A DNA stretch of 46,141 nt from Mucinivorans sp. (GTDB taxonomy: Bacteria > Bacteroidota > Bacteroidia > Bacteroidales > Rikenellaceae): NCBI GenBank assembly GCA_036661755.1, contig JAVWYC010000001.1, positions 1-46,141 of the forward strand. Reading direction: 5' to 3'. The notes beneath the pieces were generated by a model, which saw only the letters and a list, made by a program, of their open reading frames with translations, searched no databases and was not told the origin of the DNA. Position 1 is the stretch's first letter. Each line of letters starts with the position of its first letter. Below, in pieces: positions 9,537 to 21,005 of the stretch. The translations under genes and the position numbers were made by a program.

Positions 9537-10597
9537 AGCCTAATCTTAAACATTTTGATACTGACCGCCATCAAACCGACAGCCATACTAGCCAAAATAA
9601 TAAATTCTTTGACCACAAATTCAACGCCCACGCCTTGAATCATCAGCTTGCGTACTCCGTCGATAAACCAACGTGCCGGCATGGCGGCCGAAAACCATTG
9701 CAAGACCAGAGGCATATTATCGACCGGAAACATCATTCCCGACAGCAACACCGTTGGCATCATTAGCACCATGCCCGAAATCAACATAGCAATCACTTGC
9801 GACTGCGAAATTGTAGAAATCAACAGCCCCAAAGCCAGCGTAACGAAAATAAAAAGCACAGAAAACAAGATCAACCACAACAAACTACCGGCGATCGGAA
9901 TCCCCAGAATATAGACCGAAACCAGCAAAATCGTAATCAGATTAACGATCGACAACATTAGGTAGGGGATCAATTTGGCCATTATCAGACGCAAGGGATG
10001 AACGGGCGAAACAAGCAATACTTCCATCGTGCCAAGTTCTTTTTCGCGCACGATCGAAATGCTGGTCATCATGGCACAAATCAGCATCAAAATCATACCC
10101 ATCACCCCTGGAACAAAATTATAGGAGCTGAGTTGAGACGGATTATAGAGAAAGGTCGAATTGCGAATCACTGGGCGTACGCTTTGATCTGACGAGGCGA
10201 TAATGGCCGAAGCGTAAGCCTCGGAAATGGTGGCTGTGTTGGGATCAGAGGCATCTGTGAGTAGTTGTATGGCGGGATTGTTTGCAAAATCGGAAGCGAA
10301 AATAATGGCCATATTAATCTGTGAACGTCGAAAAAGTTCATCAGCTTCTTCGGGAGAGGTCATCTCTTTGACTACAACAAAATATTCGCTTGCCTCAATA
10401 TTTTCTACGATACGCATCGTTTCTATTGTGCGTGAATGGTCATAAAAAGCCACTTTCACATTTTTGACCTCGGTCGAAATCGCGAAACCAAAGAGTAAGA
10501 TCAGCACGATCGGCATGGCCAATAAGATGAGCATCGTACGCGGATCGCGAAAGATGTGTATAAACTCCTTTTTGGTAAACGAAAAAAACTGTTTCAT
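9533..10597 (-). CDS. ABC-2 type exporter permease (YbhS-like)
   Basis: KEFIHIFRDPR, SIVREKELGTMEVLLVSP, LSGMMFPVDNMP. Confidence 0.92.
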   Translation of the reverse strand: MKQFFSFTKKEFIHIFRDPRTMLILLAMPIVLILLFGFAISTEVKNVKVAFYDHSRTIETMRIVENIEASEYFVVVKEMTSPEEADELFRRSQINMAIIFASDFANNPAIQLLTDASDPNTATISEAYASAIIASSDQSVRPVIRNSTFLYNPSQLSSYNFVPGVMGMILMLICAMMTSISIVREKELGTMEVLLVSPVHPLRLIMAKLIPYLMLSIVNLITILLVSVYILGIPIAGSLLWLILFSVLFIFVTLALGLLISTISQSQVIAMLISGMVLMMPTVLLSGMMFPVDNMPLVLQWFSAAMPARWFIDGVRKLMIQGVGVEFVVKEFIILASMAVGLMAVSIKMFKIRL

Positions 10598-11334
10598 TCC
10601 TCTCTTTTTGCTTGACGAGCCAGTTTGTAGAACACTTCGTCCATATTCGATGCGCCAAATTTTGCTTTCAACGCTCGTGGTGAGTCCAAGGCGTCGATAC
10701 GTCCATCGACCATTATTGACACACGATTACAATATTCAGCTTCGTCCATATAATGTGTTGTGACAAAGATTGTTATGCCGTTTTCTGCGGCTTGATATAT
10801 CATTTCCCAAAATTGTCGTCTCGTTGTTGGGTCGACCCCGCCGGTTGGTTCGTCCAAAAAAACAATTTGCGGCGAGTGGAAGATAGCTACCGAAAAGGCC
10901 AGCTTTTGCTTCCATCCAAGCGGCAATGACGATACCAAAGTGTTTCGTTCGGCTTGAAAATCCAACTTTTCTAGTAGTTCGTCCATTTTGCAGAAAATCT
11001 CGCGATTTTTCATGCCATAAATACCTGCAAAAAGTCTAATGTTTTCCCATACTTTCAGGTTTTCGTACAGCGAAAAACGTTGACTCATATACCCTATGTG
11101 ATGTTTAATTTGCTCACTTTGGGTTGCAATATCAAAGCCCGCCACCGACCCTATGCCCGAGGTTGGTTTGCTGAGCCCACACAGCATACGCATGGCAGTG
11201 GTTTTGCCGGCTCCATTGGCTCCCAGAAAGCCGAAAATCTCGCCCTTTTCCACAGCAAAACTGATATGATCCACCGCCGTAAATTCGCCGAAACATTTTG
11301 TCAGTCCAGTTGCTTCTATTACTGTGTTACTCAT
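10594..11334 (-). CDS. ABC transporter ATP-binding protein
   Basis: Walker A GANGAGKTT, Walker B VFLDEPT, H-loop TTHY. Start set at ATG 11334 (ATGA overlap with upstream gene). Confidence 0.93.
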   Translation of the reverse strand: MSNTVIEATGLTKCFGEFTAVDHISFAVEKGEIFGFLGANGAGKTTAMRMLCGLSKPTSGIGSVAGFDIATQSEQIKHHIGYMSQRFSLYENLKVWENIRLFAGIYGMKNREIFCKMDELLEKLDFQAERNTLVSSLPLGWKQKLAFSVAIFHSPQIVFLDEPTGGVDPTTRRQFWEMIYQAAENGITIFVTTHYMDEAEYCNRVSIMVDGRIDALDSPRALKAKFGASNMDEVFYKLARQAKREE

Positions 11335-12224
11335 TGATTTAGCTTCATAAAACAATCTTCCACCGAGGCTTCAATTTGTTTGATTTCCACATTGACATGC
11401 CCTTTTGCTTCAAGGTATTTGCGTAAATCGAGATCCTTGGTGGTTGTTACGTGGTGCACATCACCAAAAGCATAGCAGCTTGTAACCTCTTGATTATCAC
11501 GCAAGTCATACAGCAAACGCGACATTTGAGCGCCACTAATTGCCCACAACGGTTCGCCAAATTGTTCGACAATGGCTTGCGGCGTGTCGATCATCAGGAA
11601 TTGCCCTTGGGCCATCAGACCTATTCTGTCGCACAGCGTCGCCTCGTCCATATAGGGAGTCGAAACCAAAATCGTAATACCACGATCTTTCAATCGACGC
11701 AACATAGTCCAAAATTCCTTGCGCGACACCGGGTCGACGCCCGTTGTTGGTTCGTCCAAGAAAAGCACTGATGGACAGTGAATTAGAGCCGAACAAAGAG
11801 CTAGTTTTTGTTTCATTCCCCCCGATAATTTGCCAGCTCTTCGGTCTTTGAAAGGTTCGATTTGTTTGTAAATATCTTCTATTAAATAATAATTTTCTTT
11901 GATTGTAGTGCCAAACAGAGTAGCAAAAAATGTAAGATTTTCTTCGACCGTAAGATCTTGATATAACGAAAACCGACCGGGCATATACCCCACTTGGGCT
12001 CTGATCTGGCGATATTGCTTGACAACATCACACTCTTCAACAGTGGCACTGCCACTATCGGCCAAAAGCAGAGTTGTCAGAATCCTAAAAAGCGTAGTTT
12101 TGCCAGCTCCATCGGCGCCAATAATGCCAAAAATTTCACCCTTGGGCACCGCGAAACTAACTCCTTTGAGAGCTGCCACTTTGCCGTAATTTTTGGCAAT
12201 ATTTTCGACCACCACACTATTCAT
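11331..12224 (-). CDS. ABC transporter ATP-binding protein
   Basis: GADGAGKTT, signature LSGGM, LFLDEPT. Confidence 0.94.
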   Translation of the reverse strand: MNSVVVENIAKNYGKVAALKGVSFAVPKGEIFGIIGADGAGKTTLFRILTTLLLADSGSATVEECDVVKQYRQIRAQVGYMPGRFSLYQDLTVEENLTFFATLFGTTIKENYYLIEDIYKQIEPFKDRRAGKLSGGMKQKLALCSALIHCPSVLFLDEPTTGVDPVSRKEFWTMLRRLKDRGITILVSTPYMDEATLCDRIGLMAQGQFLMIDTPQAIVEQFGEPLWAISGAQMSRLLYDLRDNQEVTSCYAFGDVHHVTTTKDLDLRKYLEAKGHVNVEIKQIEASVEDCFMKLNQ

Positions 12225-13125
12225 TTCCCAAGATCATTTGCCCATACATACCAATTTTCAAATAGCCATCATTGGGTACTGCAATTTTGACGGCATAGAC
12301 CAAATTGGCTCGTTCGTCGCGAGTTTGCACCGTTTTGGGCGTAAACTCAGCACGCGAAGAGATCCAATCCACCACGCCTTGATAACGCCGTTGTTCGGTG
12401 GCTCCAAAATCGGAGTAAACACTCACTTTTTGCCCAATTTTCATACGCGAAAGCATATCGGCCGTTATGTAGGCTCTTAGATAAATTTCCTCCAAATTGG
12501 CAATCACAAAAAGTGGCTGCCCGAGGGAAGCAAACTCGCCTTGCTCTGCGTAACGTGTTATCACAGTGCCATTTATAGGGCTGGCGATGTGGCATTTTTT
12601 GAGCCTATCATCTATCTGTGCAATTTGGATTTCAATAGCACGACTATCGTCCTTCACGCTTCGATTGGCGTTTTCTATTGTCGATCGTTGCGCGATTAAT
12701 TGCTTTTCCAACACTCCGATCTGATTGGCAATGTCGTCCACCTGTTTTTGCGTGGCTGCGTTTTGTTCAACCAGTCTCGTAAAACGCTGTTGTTCAGCTT
12801 TTTGCCATGTGATCTGTTGTTCTGTCGCTGCAATTTGTTTGGCTAGGTCTTGTTGCCTAGCGCTGGCTGCACTCATCGAAGAGAGGAGTTGGCTTTTGTG
12901 TAGAAAAAGTTGTACGGTGTCGATCCTACCAACAATTTGCCCCATGGTTAATTGCTCGCCATCAACCAGATTCAGCTCTTCGATCTTTCCGTTTTCTTCG
13001 GCCGATACTGTAACTTGGGTGGCTTCAAATGTCCCCGAAGCGTCCCATTTCACCTCACTTGTAGTGCAAGACAAGGTGATCAATCCCACAATCGAGAGCA
13101 ATAAAACCGAAAAACTATTTTTCAT
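12217..13125 (-). CDS. HlyD-family secretion adaptor (YbhG-like), lipoprotein
   Basis: Lipobox LSC, SGTFEA, AEFTPKTVQT..ER..LVYAVK, LKIGM. Confidence 0.92.
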   Translation of the reverse strand: MKNSFSVLLLSIVGLITLSCTTSEVKWDASGTFEATQVTVSAEENGKIEELNLVDGEQLTMGQIVGRIDTVQLFLHKSQLLSSMSAASARQQDLAKQIAATEQQITWQKAEQQRFTRLVEQNAATQKQVDDIANQIGVLEKQLIAQRSTIENANRSVKDDSRAIEIQIAQIDDRLKKCHIASPINGTVITRYAEQGEFASLGQPLFVIANLEEIYLRAYITADMLSRMKIGQKVSVYSDFGATEQRRYQGVVDWISSRAEFTPKTVQTRDERANLVYAVKIAVPNDGYLKIGMYGQMILGNE

Positions 13126-13131
13126 CTTAGA

Positions 13132-14373
13132 TTAATTATTAGTCTTGTATTTAATATTGTATAGCGTCATGAGCAACTCTATTTCGTGTAGCGCTTTTGT
13201 TTGTTTGGCGGCATTTTCGGCCGTCACATCACTCAACATATCGCTCACCGAAAGTGTTCCTTGGGCAACTTTGGCTTGCGAGGCTCGTTTTATGTTTCCT
13301 CTCAGCTGTATAATCTGTTCATCGTCAGCCATTTGCGCGCGCAACCGCCGAACATCAGCCTTGTTTTGTTCGACATCTAAATTAGTGTTGAACAAAAAAG
13401 TTTCTTGCATCACTTGCACATCTTTTTTTTCGATCTCCACCTTTGCTCTCTCATTTTTTAAGTTATACAAATTGCCGAATTTCCACGACAAATTAATCCC
13501 TCCAATGGCGTAAGGAGTAAAACCAAGATTAAACATATTCAATCCAGGATCGCCATAAGCTCCTTGTACAAAGGCACTTATGCGCGGTGTGTTTTGTGCT
13601 GTGATCGCATAATTTTTGGTATCTATCGAAGCGACTTGTGCTTGGAAGAGCGACAGCTCCGGCCTGTGATTTTCGAGTGTATCTCTTTGACTATCAGTGT
13701 TGATCGTTGGTTTTTCGAGCTCCTCGATAGGGAAGCCAACCAAGGCCGCCAACATCGAACTATAAGCCTCACGCGAGGCCTTAATTGCAGCTCTTTTTTG
13801 CCTATTGTCCAATATTTCCACCCGCACCGCGTCCAGATCGGCACTAGTGGCAATTCCGCCCACCACATAACTTGAAATTGTTGCCAGATTACGTTGCAAC
13901 TCACTGCCCAACAAGTCATTGAGTCGCAATTGCTCGTCGAGGGTAAGAATGCCGAAAAAAAGATTATTTACACGATCTTTGAGCGCATAAAGGTCGACAT
14001 CCGTTTGGCGTGTCTCGACCTGCGCCGCGGCTTCTATGTTGCGTTTTTGGGCACGCACTGCCCCACCGTCCCAAATCGCTTGATCTATTTCGAGGGCCAC
14101 AACATATTGATCTTTTGGTAGTTGCGGCATGCCTGGCAATGGAATCGACAAAACGTCGGTTTGGATAGTCGCTTTGGCCGAAATCCCCCCTTGGGGCAAA
14201 TAGGCGTGCCCCGCATTTTTGAGATTGTATTCCTTCGACTTTTCGATCAAATTATAACGCGTCACAAGCGGATAATTCTCGCGAGCAGCCTTATAGCATT
14301 GATCGATATTTGTTTGAGCAAATGCCGAAAAAGGTAGTATGGCAAAGATAAATATGTATAATTTTCGCATCAT
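13132..14373 (-). CDS. TolC-family outer membrane protein
   Basis: Signal peptide from MMRKLYIF (ATG 14373 or 14370), ARENYPL, QAIWDGG; first gene of the ABC exporter operon. Confidence 0.88.
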   Translation of the reverse strand: MMRKLYIFIFAILPFSAFAQTNIDQCYKAARENYPLVTRYNLIEKSKEYNLKNAGHAYLPQGGISAKATIQTDVLSIPLPGMPQLPKDQYVVALEIDQAIWDGGAVRAQKRNIEAAAQVETRQTDVDLYALKDRVNNLFFGILTLDEQLRLNDLLGSELQRNLATISSYVVGGIATSADLDAVRVEILDNRQKRAAIKASREAYSSMLAALVGFPIEELEKPTINTDSQRDTLENHRPELSLFQAQVASIDTKNYAITAQNTPRISAFVQGAYGDPGLNMFNLGFTPYAIGGINLSWKFGNLYNLKNERAKVEIEKKDVQVMQETFLFNTNLDVEQNKADVRRLRAQMADDEQIIQLRGNIKRASQAKVAQGTLSVSDMLSDVTAENAAKQTKALHEIELLMTLYNIKYKTNN

Positions 14374-14543
14374 TACTATAATTTTACGAGAACTTTGAAG
14401 CACTATTTTTAGCGACCCGATCCAATCGAAACCTAGGCTTTACGGATTGCAAAATCAAATATTTTTCGATCCGTAATCGAGTTACAAAAAATAATATTCC
14501 AAGAAATCACCATCTACAATCAAATCAACGACCTCGTGCATCG

Positions 14544-15920
14544 TTACACATGAATCGCTTCGTTGTGCGCTGCCGCTGCCGCCTCCATAACAGCCTCACT
14601 CATAGTTGGGTGAGGGTGGATTGTAGCAATAATTTGCGCAGCTGTTGCGCCCAATTTAAGCGCCAAGGTTGGCTCGGCCACCATCTCTGTGACATTCAAA
14701 CCGCAAAAATGAGCTCCGAGCAGTCGATCTGTCGCGCTGTCGAACACCAGTTTAACCAGCCCATCACGCGCACCGGCCGAAGTGGCTTTGCCGCTCGCCG
14801 TGAATGGAAATTTGCCGATCTTCACTTGATAACCTTCGTCGAGGGCTTGTTTTTCGGTCAAGCCAACAGAACTGACCTCTGGCGTGGTGTAGATGCACGA
14901 AGGAATCACATGATAATCAATCGGTTGGACTTCGAGCCCCGCAATACGCTCCACACAATTAATGGCTTCGGCCGTGGCAACATGCGCTAAGGCCGGCGTT
15001 GCAATCACATCGCCAATGGCATAAATAGTTGGAACAGAGGTAGCAAAGCAAGAATCAACAACGATTTTCCCACGCTCGGTGGCCACTCCAACTTCTTCTA
15101 GCCCAAGGTGTTCGATGTTGGCCGTAATCCCAACGGCAGATAGAACTATGTCACTTTCAATGGTTTGCGCTCCTTTTTTGTTGGTAATAGAGGTGAAACA
15201 TTTTTGGTCGCGCACCTCGACCTTATCCACCGAGGTGGAGGTCATCAGCCCAATTCGAGCTTTACGCAAGGCACGCTCCAAGGTCGCCGAAATTTCGGCA
15301 TCTTCCAACGGAGCAATACGGTCAACATACTCAACCACAGTCACTTTGACGCCCAACGTATTGAAAAACGAAGCAAATTCGAGCCCAATGGCTCCGCTGC
15401 CCACCACAACCAACGATTCGGGGCGAGAAGTGAGTGTCAATGCGTGCCGCGATGTGATCACCCTCTGGCCGTCCACGGGGATAGTGGCAAATTCGCGCGA
15501 ACGAGCTCCCGTTGCAATAATAATGTTCTTGGCCTCGTATATTGTTTGCTCAACCTTTACTTTACCCGGTGCACAGATAATTCCATGTCCTACAATGATT
15601 TGTATTGCGTTTTTCTTCATCAAAAACTCAATTCCTTTGCTCATTTGGCTAGCCACATCGCGCGAACGCTCCACCATTTTCACCAGATTGGCACTCAACG
15701 AAGCCTCGTCAATATCAACGCCATAATCACTAGCATGGCGTGCATAATGATAGACTGCCGCACTTTTGAGCAGCGCTTTTGTGGGGATACAGCCCCAATT
15801 AAGGCACACACCGCCAAGCTCTGCTTGTTCAACCACGGCGACTTTAAGCCCCAACTGTGCCGCGCGAATTGCACCCGCATAGCCTCCGGGGCCACTACCT
15901 ATAATGATTAGATCGTACAT
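14544..15920 (-). CDS. lpdA: Dihydrolipoyl dehydrogenase
   Basis: GSGPGGY FAD motif, GGVCLNWGCIPTK redox disulfide, GSGAIG NAD motif, HPHPTMSE. Confidence 0.97.
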   Translation of the reverse strand: MYDLIIIGSGPGGYAGAIRAAQLGLKVAVVEQAELGGVCLNWGCIPTKALLKSAAVYHYARHASDYGVDIDEASLSANLVKMVERSRDVASQMSKGIEFLMKKNAIQIIVGHGIICAPGKVKVEQTIYEAKNIIIATGARSREFATIPVDGQRVITSRHALTLTSRPESLVVVGSGAIGLEFASFFNTLGVKVTVVEYVDRIAPLEDAEISATLERALRKARIGLMTSTSVDKVEVRDQKCFTSITNKKGAQTIESDIVLSAVGITANIEHLGLEEVGVATERGKIVVDSCFATSVPTIYAIGDVIATPALAHVATAEAINCVERIAGLEVQPIDYHVIPSCIYTTPEVSSVGLTEKQALDEGYQVKIGKFPFTASGKATSAGARDGLVKLVFDSATDRLLGAHFCGLNVTEMVAEPTLALKLGATAAQIIATIHPHPTMSEAVMEAAAAAHNEAIHV

Positions 15921-15926
15921 ATTAAT

Positions 15927-16715
15927 TTATTTCTTAGGTGGAGATAATGTATTTAACTTTGATTTTGGGTTGTATAGTGGATTTACTTCCAGCTTTCGTT
16001 TAGGTTTCTTAACATCCGGATCGTCCAGATAGTCGGCACGACGGAAGTAAATTGGAGCAAAATCAAAATAATAACCTTTAACCGTTGGGTTCAACATTTT
16101 AACCTTGTCCACCGGAAATAATTCCACGGTGCGCGTAAGGATAATGGGCCGTCGCCAAGCAAAATTCATGAGATTTAGAATATCTTCGGCATGGTTGTAA
16201 TAGATTATATACCAGGGAGTTGCCTCGCTAAGTCCATTGCCCGAAGATTTTATGGTGGCAATTATCATTTCCATTTGACGCATCGTCTTTTTGGCTCTGA
16301 TCGTGTCGCCCAATTGCGAATAGGCAAAGGCTAACGCATTCAAATCACGCAAGTTAAATGGCTCTTGTTGAAGTATCACTTTACATAGGTGGATCACGCG
16401 ATAATATGTATTTGCCGTTGGAGTAACACGTGTACCAAAAGCCATGGTGAGCGAATCAGTATAAGAGTTAGACAGTAATGGTCGGTAAGTCGGTTGTTCC
16501 GGATACCCATAGTATAAGTAATGGTAGTCGGCAGCGGTTAACGTGGTGTCAGACAGCTGATAACGCCCCATGAGCAGCGGATAATAATAAGGCGAAGAAC
16601 TATTCTCTATCGAATCTTTAATAGCCTTATAATTAGGCGTTTGAGCAGCTGTACTTAAAGTAATTAAACTTAAAGTCAATAGCAACAATATGATTATATG
16701 TTTTTTATAGGCCAT
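15927..16715 (-). CDS. Exported protein, DUF4919-like
   Basis: Signal peptide; YYYPLLMGRY..DTTLT..DYHYLYYG and SSGNG...PWY patterns recalled from this Bacteroidetes family. Confidence 0.65.
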   Translation of the reverse strand: MAYKKHIIILLLLTLSLITLSTAAQTPNYKAIKDSIENSSSPYYYPLLMGRYQLSDTTLTAADYHYLYYGYPEQPTYRPLLSNSYTDSLTMAFGTRVTPTANTYYRVIHLCKVILQQEPFNLRDLNALAFAYSQLGDTIRAKKTMRQMEMIIATIKSSGNGLSEATPWYIIYYNHAEDILNLMNFAWRRPIILTRTVELFPVDKVKMLNPTVKGYYFDFAPIYFRRADYLDDPDVKKPKRKLEVNPLYNPKSKLNTLSPPKK

Positions 16716-17583
16716 ACTTTTGAATTTGGACGGCTATTCGATCGTATAGCCCTTGACTTGCAACTACAAGTGGCAAACGCAACGCATTGGTTATTATCTC
16801 TTTATAGGCCAAAGCGGCCTTCACTCCGCACGGATTCCCTTCTTGAAAAAGCATTTCTGTCACCTCGTGTAACGTAAGGTTGATTTGGGCTGCACTCCGA
16901 AAATCACCCTCGATGGCACTATGCACCATTGCGACAAATTTATCTGCAAAAGCATTGACACTCACCGAGATAACTCCATCGCCACCAAGCGACATCATAG
17001 GCAAGGTTAGGTTATCATCGCCAGAAAGAACCACAAAACCATCGGGTCTATCTCTCAGAATATGAGCCACTTGCGCCAAATTACCTGAGGCTTCTTTGAT
17101 GCCAACAATTTTAGAGCCAAATTCGCGCGCCAAGCGCAGCGTGGTCTCGCTCGTCATATTTACGCCCGTACGCCCCGGAATGTTATAAAGAATCACCGGC
17201 CGCGGCGAGTGGTTGACAACGGCGCTAAAATGCTGAAACATACCCTCTTGATTGGGCTTATTGTAGTATGGAACGACCGACAGCACAGCGTCTACCCCCG
17301 ATAAATCGAACGATTGGAGCGCGGACACCACATCGGCCGTAGAGTTGCCTGCGATGCCAACCACGATTGGTTTGGCGGTTGGATTGTGGGCAACAACGTA
17401 GCGCACCACAGCATGACGCTCGGCGAGGCTCATTGTCGCCGGCTCGCCAGTTGTACCCAGAACAACATAGAAATCAGCACTTTGAGTGTGTTGCAACAAA
17501 CAACCCAAGGCCTCGAAATCTACAGATTCATCTTTGGCAAATGGGGTGATGAGAGCGACCCCTACGCCAGTAAATTTTTTCAT
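16705..17583 (-). CDS. dapA: 4-hydroxy-tetrahydrodipicolinate synthase
   Basis: ALITPF, GTTGE, PYYNKP, LYNIPGRTG, GIKEASG, LSGDD. Confidence 0.97.
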   Translation of the reverse strand: MKKFTGVGVALITPFAKDESVDFEALGCLLQHTQSADFYVVLGTTGEPATMSLAERHAVVRYVVAHNPTAKPIVVGIAGNSTADVVSALQSFDLSGVDAVLSVVPYYNKPNQEGMFQHFSAVVNHSPRPVILYNIPGRTGVNMTSETTLRLAREFGSKIVGIKEASGNLAQVAHILRDRPDGFVVLSGDDNLTLPMMSLGGDGVISVSVNAFADKFVAMVHSAIEGDFRSAAQINLTLHEVTEMLFQEGNPCGVKAALAYKEIITNALRLPLVVASQGLYDRIAVQIQKYGL

Positions 17584-17605
17584 TATACAAAGTTACTAAA
17601 ATAAT

Positions 17606-19651
<2,046 letters not shown>

Positions 19652-19702
19652 TCAAAATTACAAAAAAAATAGAAAAAATCGTTTCTATTGCCTTTGTATT
19701 AT

Positions 19703-19730
19703 AAATTTTGTGTATAATTGCACAAAATTT
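19703..19730. promoter_or_regulatory. Perfect 10-bp inverted repeat (AAATTTTGTG-N8-CACAAAATTT) in the divergent ligA/19767 promoter region
   Basis: Seen directly; the spacer TATAATTG resembles a -7 element. Confidence 0.45.
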
Positions 19731-19766
19731 GAGACACATTTATAAAAAACAACATCTAATCGAATC

Positions 19767-20117
19767 ATGACTACCAATTCTGAGATTGAAAAAAAGGCCG
19801 CAAAAAAACGTGTAGTGACAAGCTATGAGAACTTGTCGTCGGAACTTGTGGCGGCCCTCAAAGAGCGTTATCCACTCGGTTTTACAGACCAAATGATTAG
19901 GGTCGACAAACCTAATGGAGATTTTTTCTATGGCGTGGTTTTTGAAACTGAGGACACAAACTACCTTGTCAAAATATCGGTCAAAATTGACAACAAAGCA
20001 AAAGAAGAAATAGAAAAAGATCTTTTCGCCGACGAAGACGTGGAATCCGACGAAATCAAAGGCGCTGACGAAATTGCAGAAACAGCCGATGCAGATGCTG
20101 ACGCGGACGATGAATAA
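19767..20117 (+). CDS. Conserved Bacteroidetes small protein with very acidic C-terminal tail
   Basis: KRVVTSYENL..LKERYPLGF..ETEDTNYLVK pattern; D/E-rich tail; A-rich initiation region. Confidence 0.8.
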   Translation: MTTNSEIEKKAAKKRVVTSYENLSSELVAALKERYPLGFTDQMIRVDKPNGDFFYGVVFETEDTNYLVKISVKIDNKAKEEIEKDLFADEDVESDEIKGADEIAETADADADADDE

Positions 20118-20120
20118 CCA

Positions 20121-20483
20121 ATGCCACACCCAGGACGTAATAGAATCTATTCAAATGGCCAAATAACAGTTGTTTGGCAAGGTGCGCAATGCACCCATGC
20201 GAGCATTTGTTACACCAAATTACGTGCGGTTTTTGACCCCATAAAGCGTCCGTGGATCAAAATTAATGGCGCCACCACCGAAGAAATTATCGCCATTGTG
20301 GAAGAGTGCCCCTCGTCGGCTTTAACTTTTTTTTGGAACGACGAGCCTCGCAACGCCACCGAGAAGTCACCAAAGCTCTTTCGAGGCTCGGTGGCTGAGG
20401 TTTTGGCGCGCAACACACCCAAAGACCCTTCGTGTGCGGCTTCCGTAAATTTTAGGGGCAATGACCCGAAAGATCTTGGATAA
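20121..20483 (+). CDS. Divergent 4Fe-4S mono-cluster protein (Fer4_19/YjdI-like)
   Basis: YSNGQITVVW..CTHASIC..VFDP..RPWI..CPSSAL. Confidence 0.82.
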   Translation: MPHPGRNRIYSNGQITVVWQGAQCTHASICYTKLRAVFDPIKRPWIKINGATTEEIIAIVEECPSSALTFFWNDEPRNATEKSPKLFRGSVAEVLARNTPKDPSCAASVNFRGNDPKDLG

Positions 20484-20485
20484 AA

Positions 20486-20992
20486 TTGGATAAAAAACTA
20501 CTTTTATGCTCCGGTGCGCCACTAGATATGTGTGACGACAAACAACTAGGGGAAATAGTGCGTTTGTGGCAGGGCGATTCGATAGTGTGCGGGGGGACGA
20601 CAGCCAAAATAATTGCGCGGGAATTGGGTCGCTCGCTCACCGTTGACTTGGCCTCGGCGCGAGGCTCTACCCTGCCGCCACGTTCTCTGATCGAGGGGAT
20701 TGCGATTGTGAGCGAGGGCATAATAACGCTCGCCAGGGTGCGCAATTTGATTAGCTCGGTGGCTAGCGAAGGGCACTCGTTTTTCACCTCTTCGGGGCAA
20801 GTAGACAGCATGATTGCTCAAATGTTGCTTGAAGCCAATGATATTCTATTTGTGATTGGTACACGCTACAATAAGGCGCATTTTGACCCGTGGCTGCCTG
20901 TGCGTTTAGAGCGTAGGGTTGATCTGCTGTCCGATATTGCGACAATTCTTCGCGATGATTTCAAGAAACATGTCCAAGAGCATTTCTTGTAA
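20486..20992 (+). CDS. Stand-alone C-terminal domain of hydrogenase-associated SpoIIE-like phosphatase (HfsC-like); possibly frameshifted at its 5' end
   Basis: LLLCSGAP, VCGGTTAKIIARELG, LPP...EGI..VSEGIITL, GTRYNKAHFDP.LP. TTG start; the upstream ATG at 20461 would be in frame without a 10-bp duplication. Confidence 0.7.
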   Translation: MDKKLLLCSGAPLDMCDDKQLGEIVRLWQGDSIVCGGTTAKIIARELGRSLTVDLASARGSTLPPRSLIEGIAIVSEGIITLARVRNLISSVASEGHSFFTSSGQVDSMIAQMLLEANDILFVIGTRYNKAHFDPWLPVRLERRVDLLSDIATILRDDFKKHVQEHFL

Positions 20993-21005
20993 GCACTGGG
21001 GTCGT

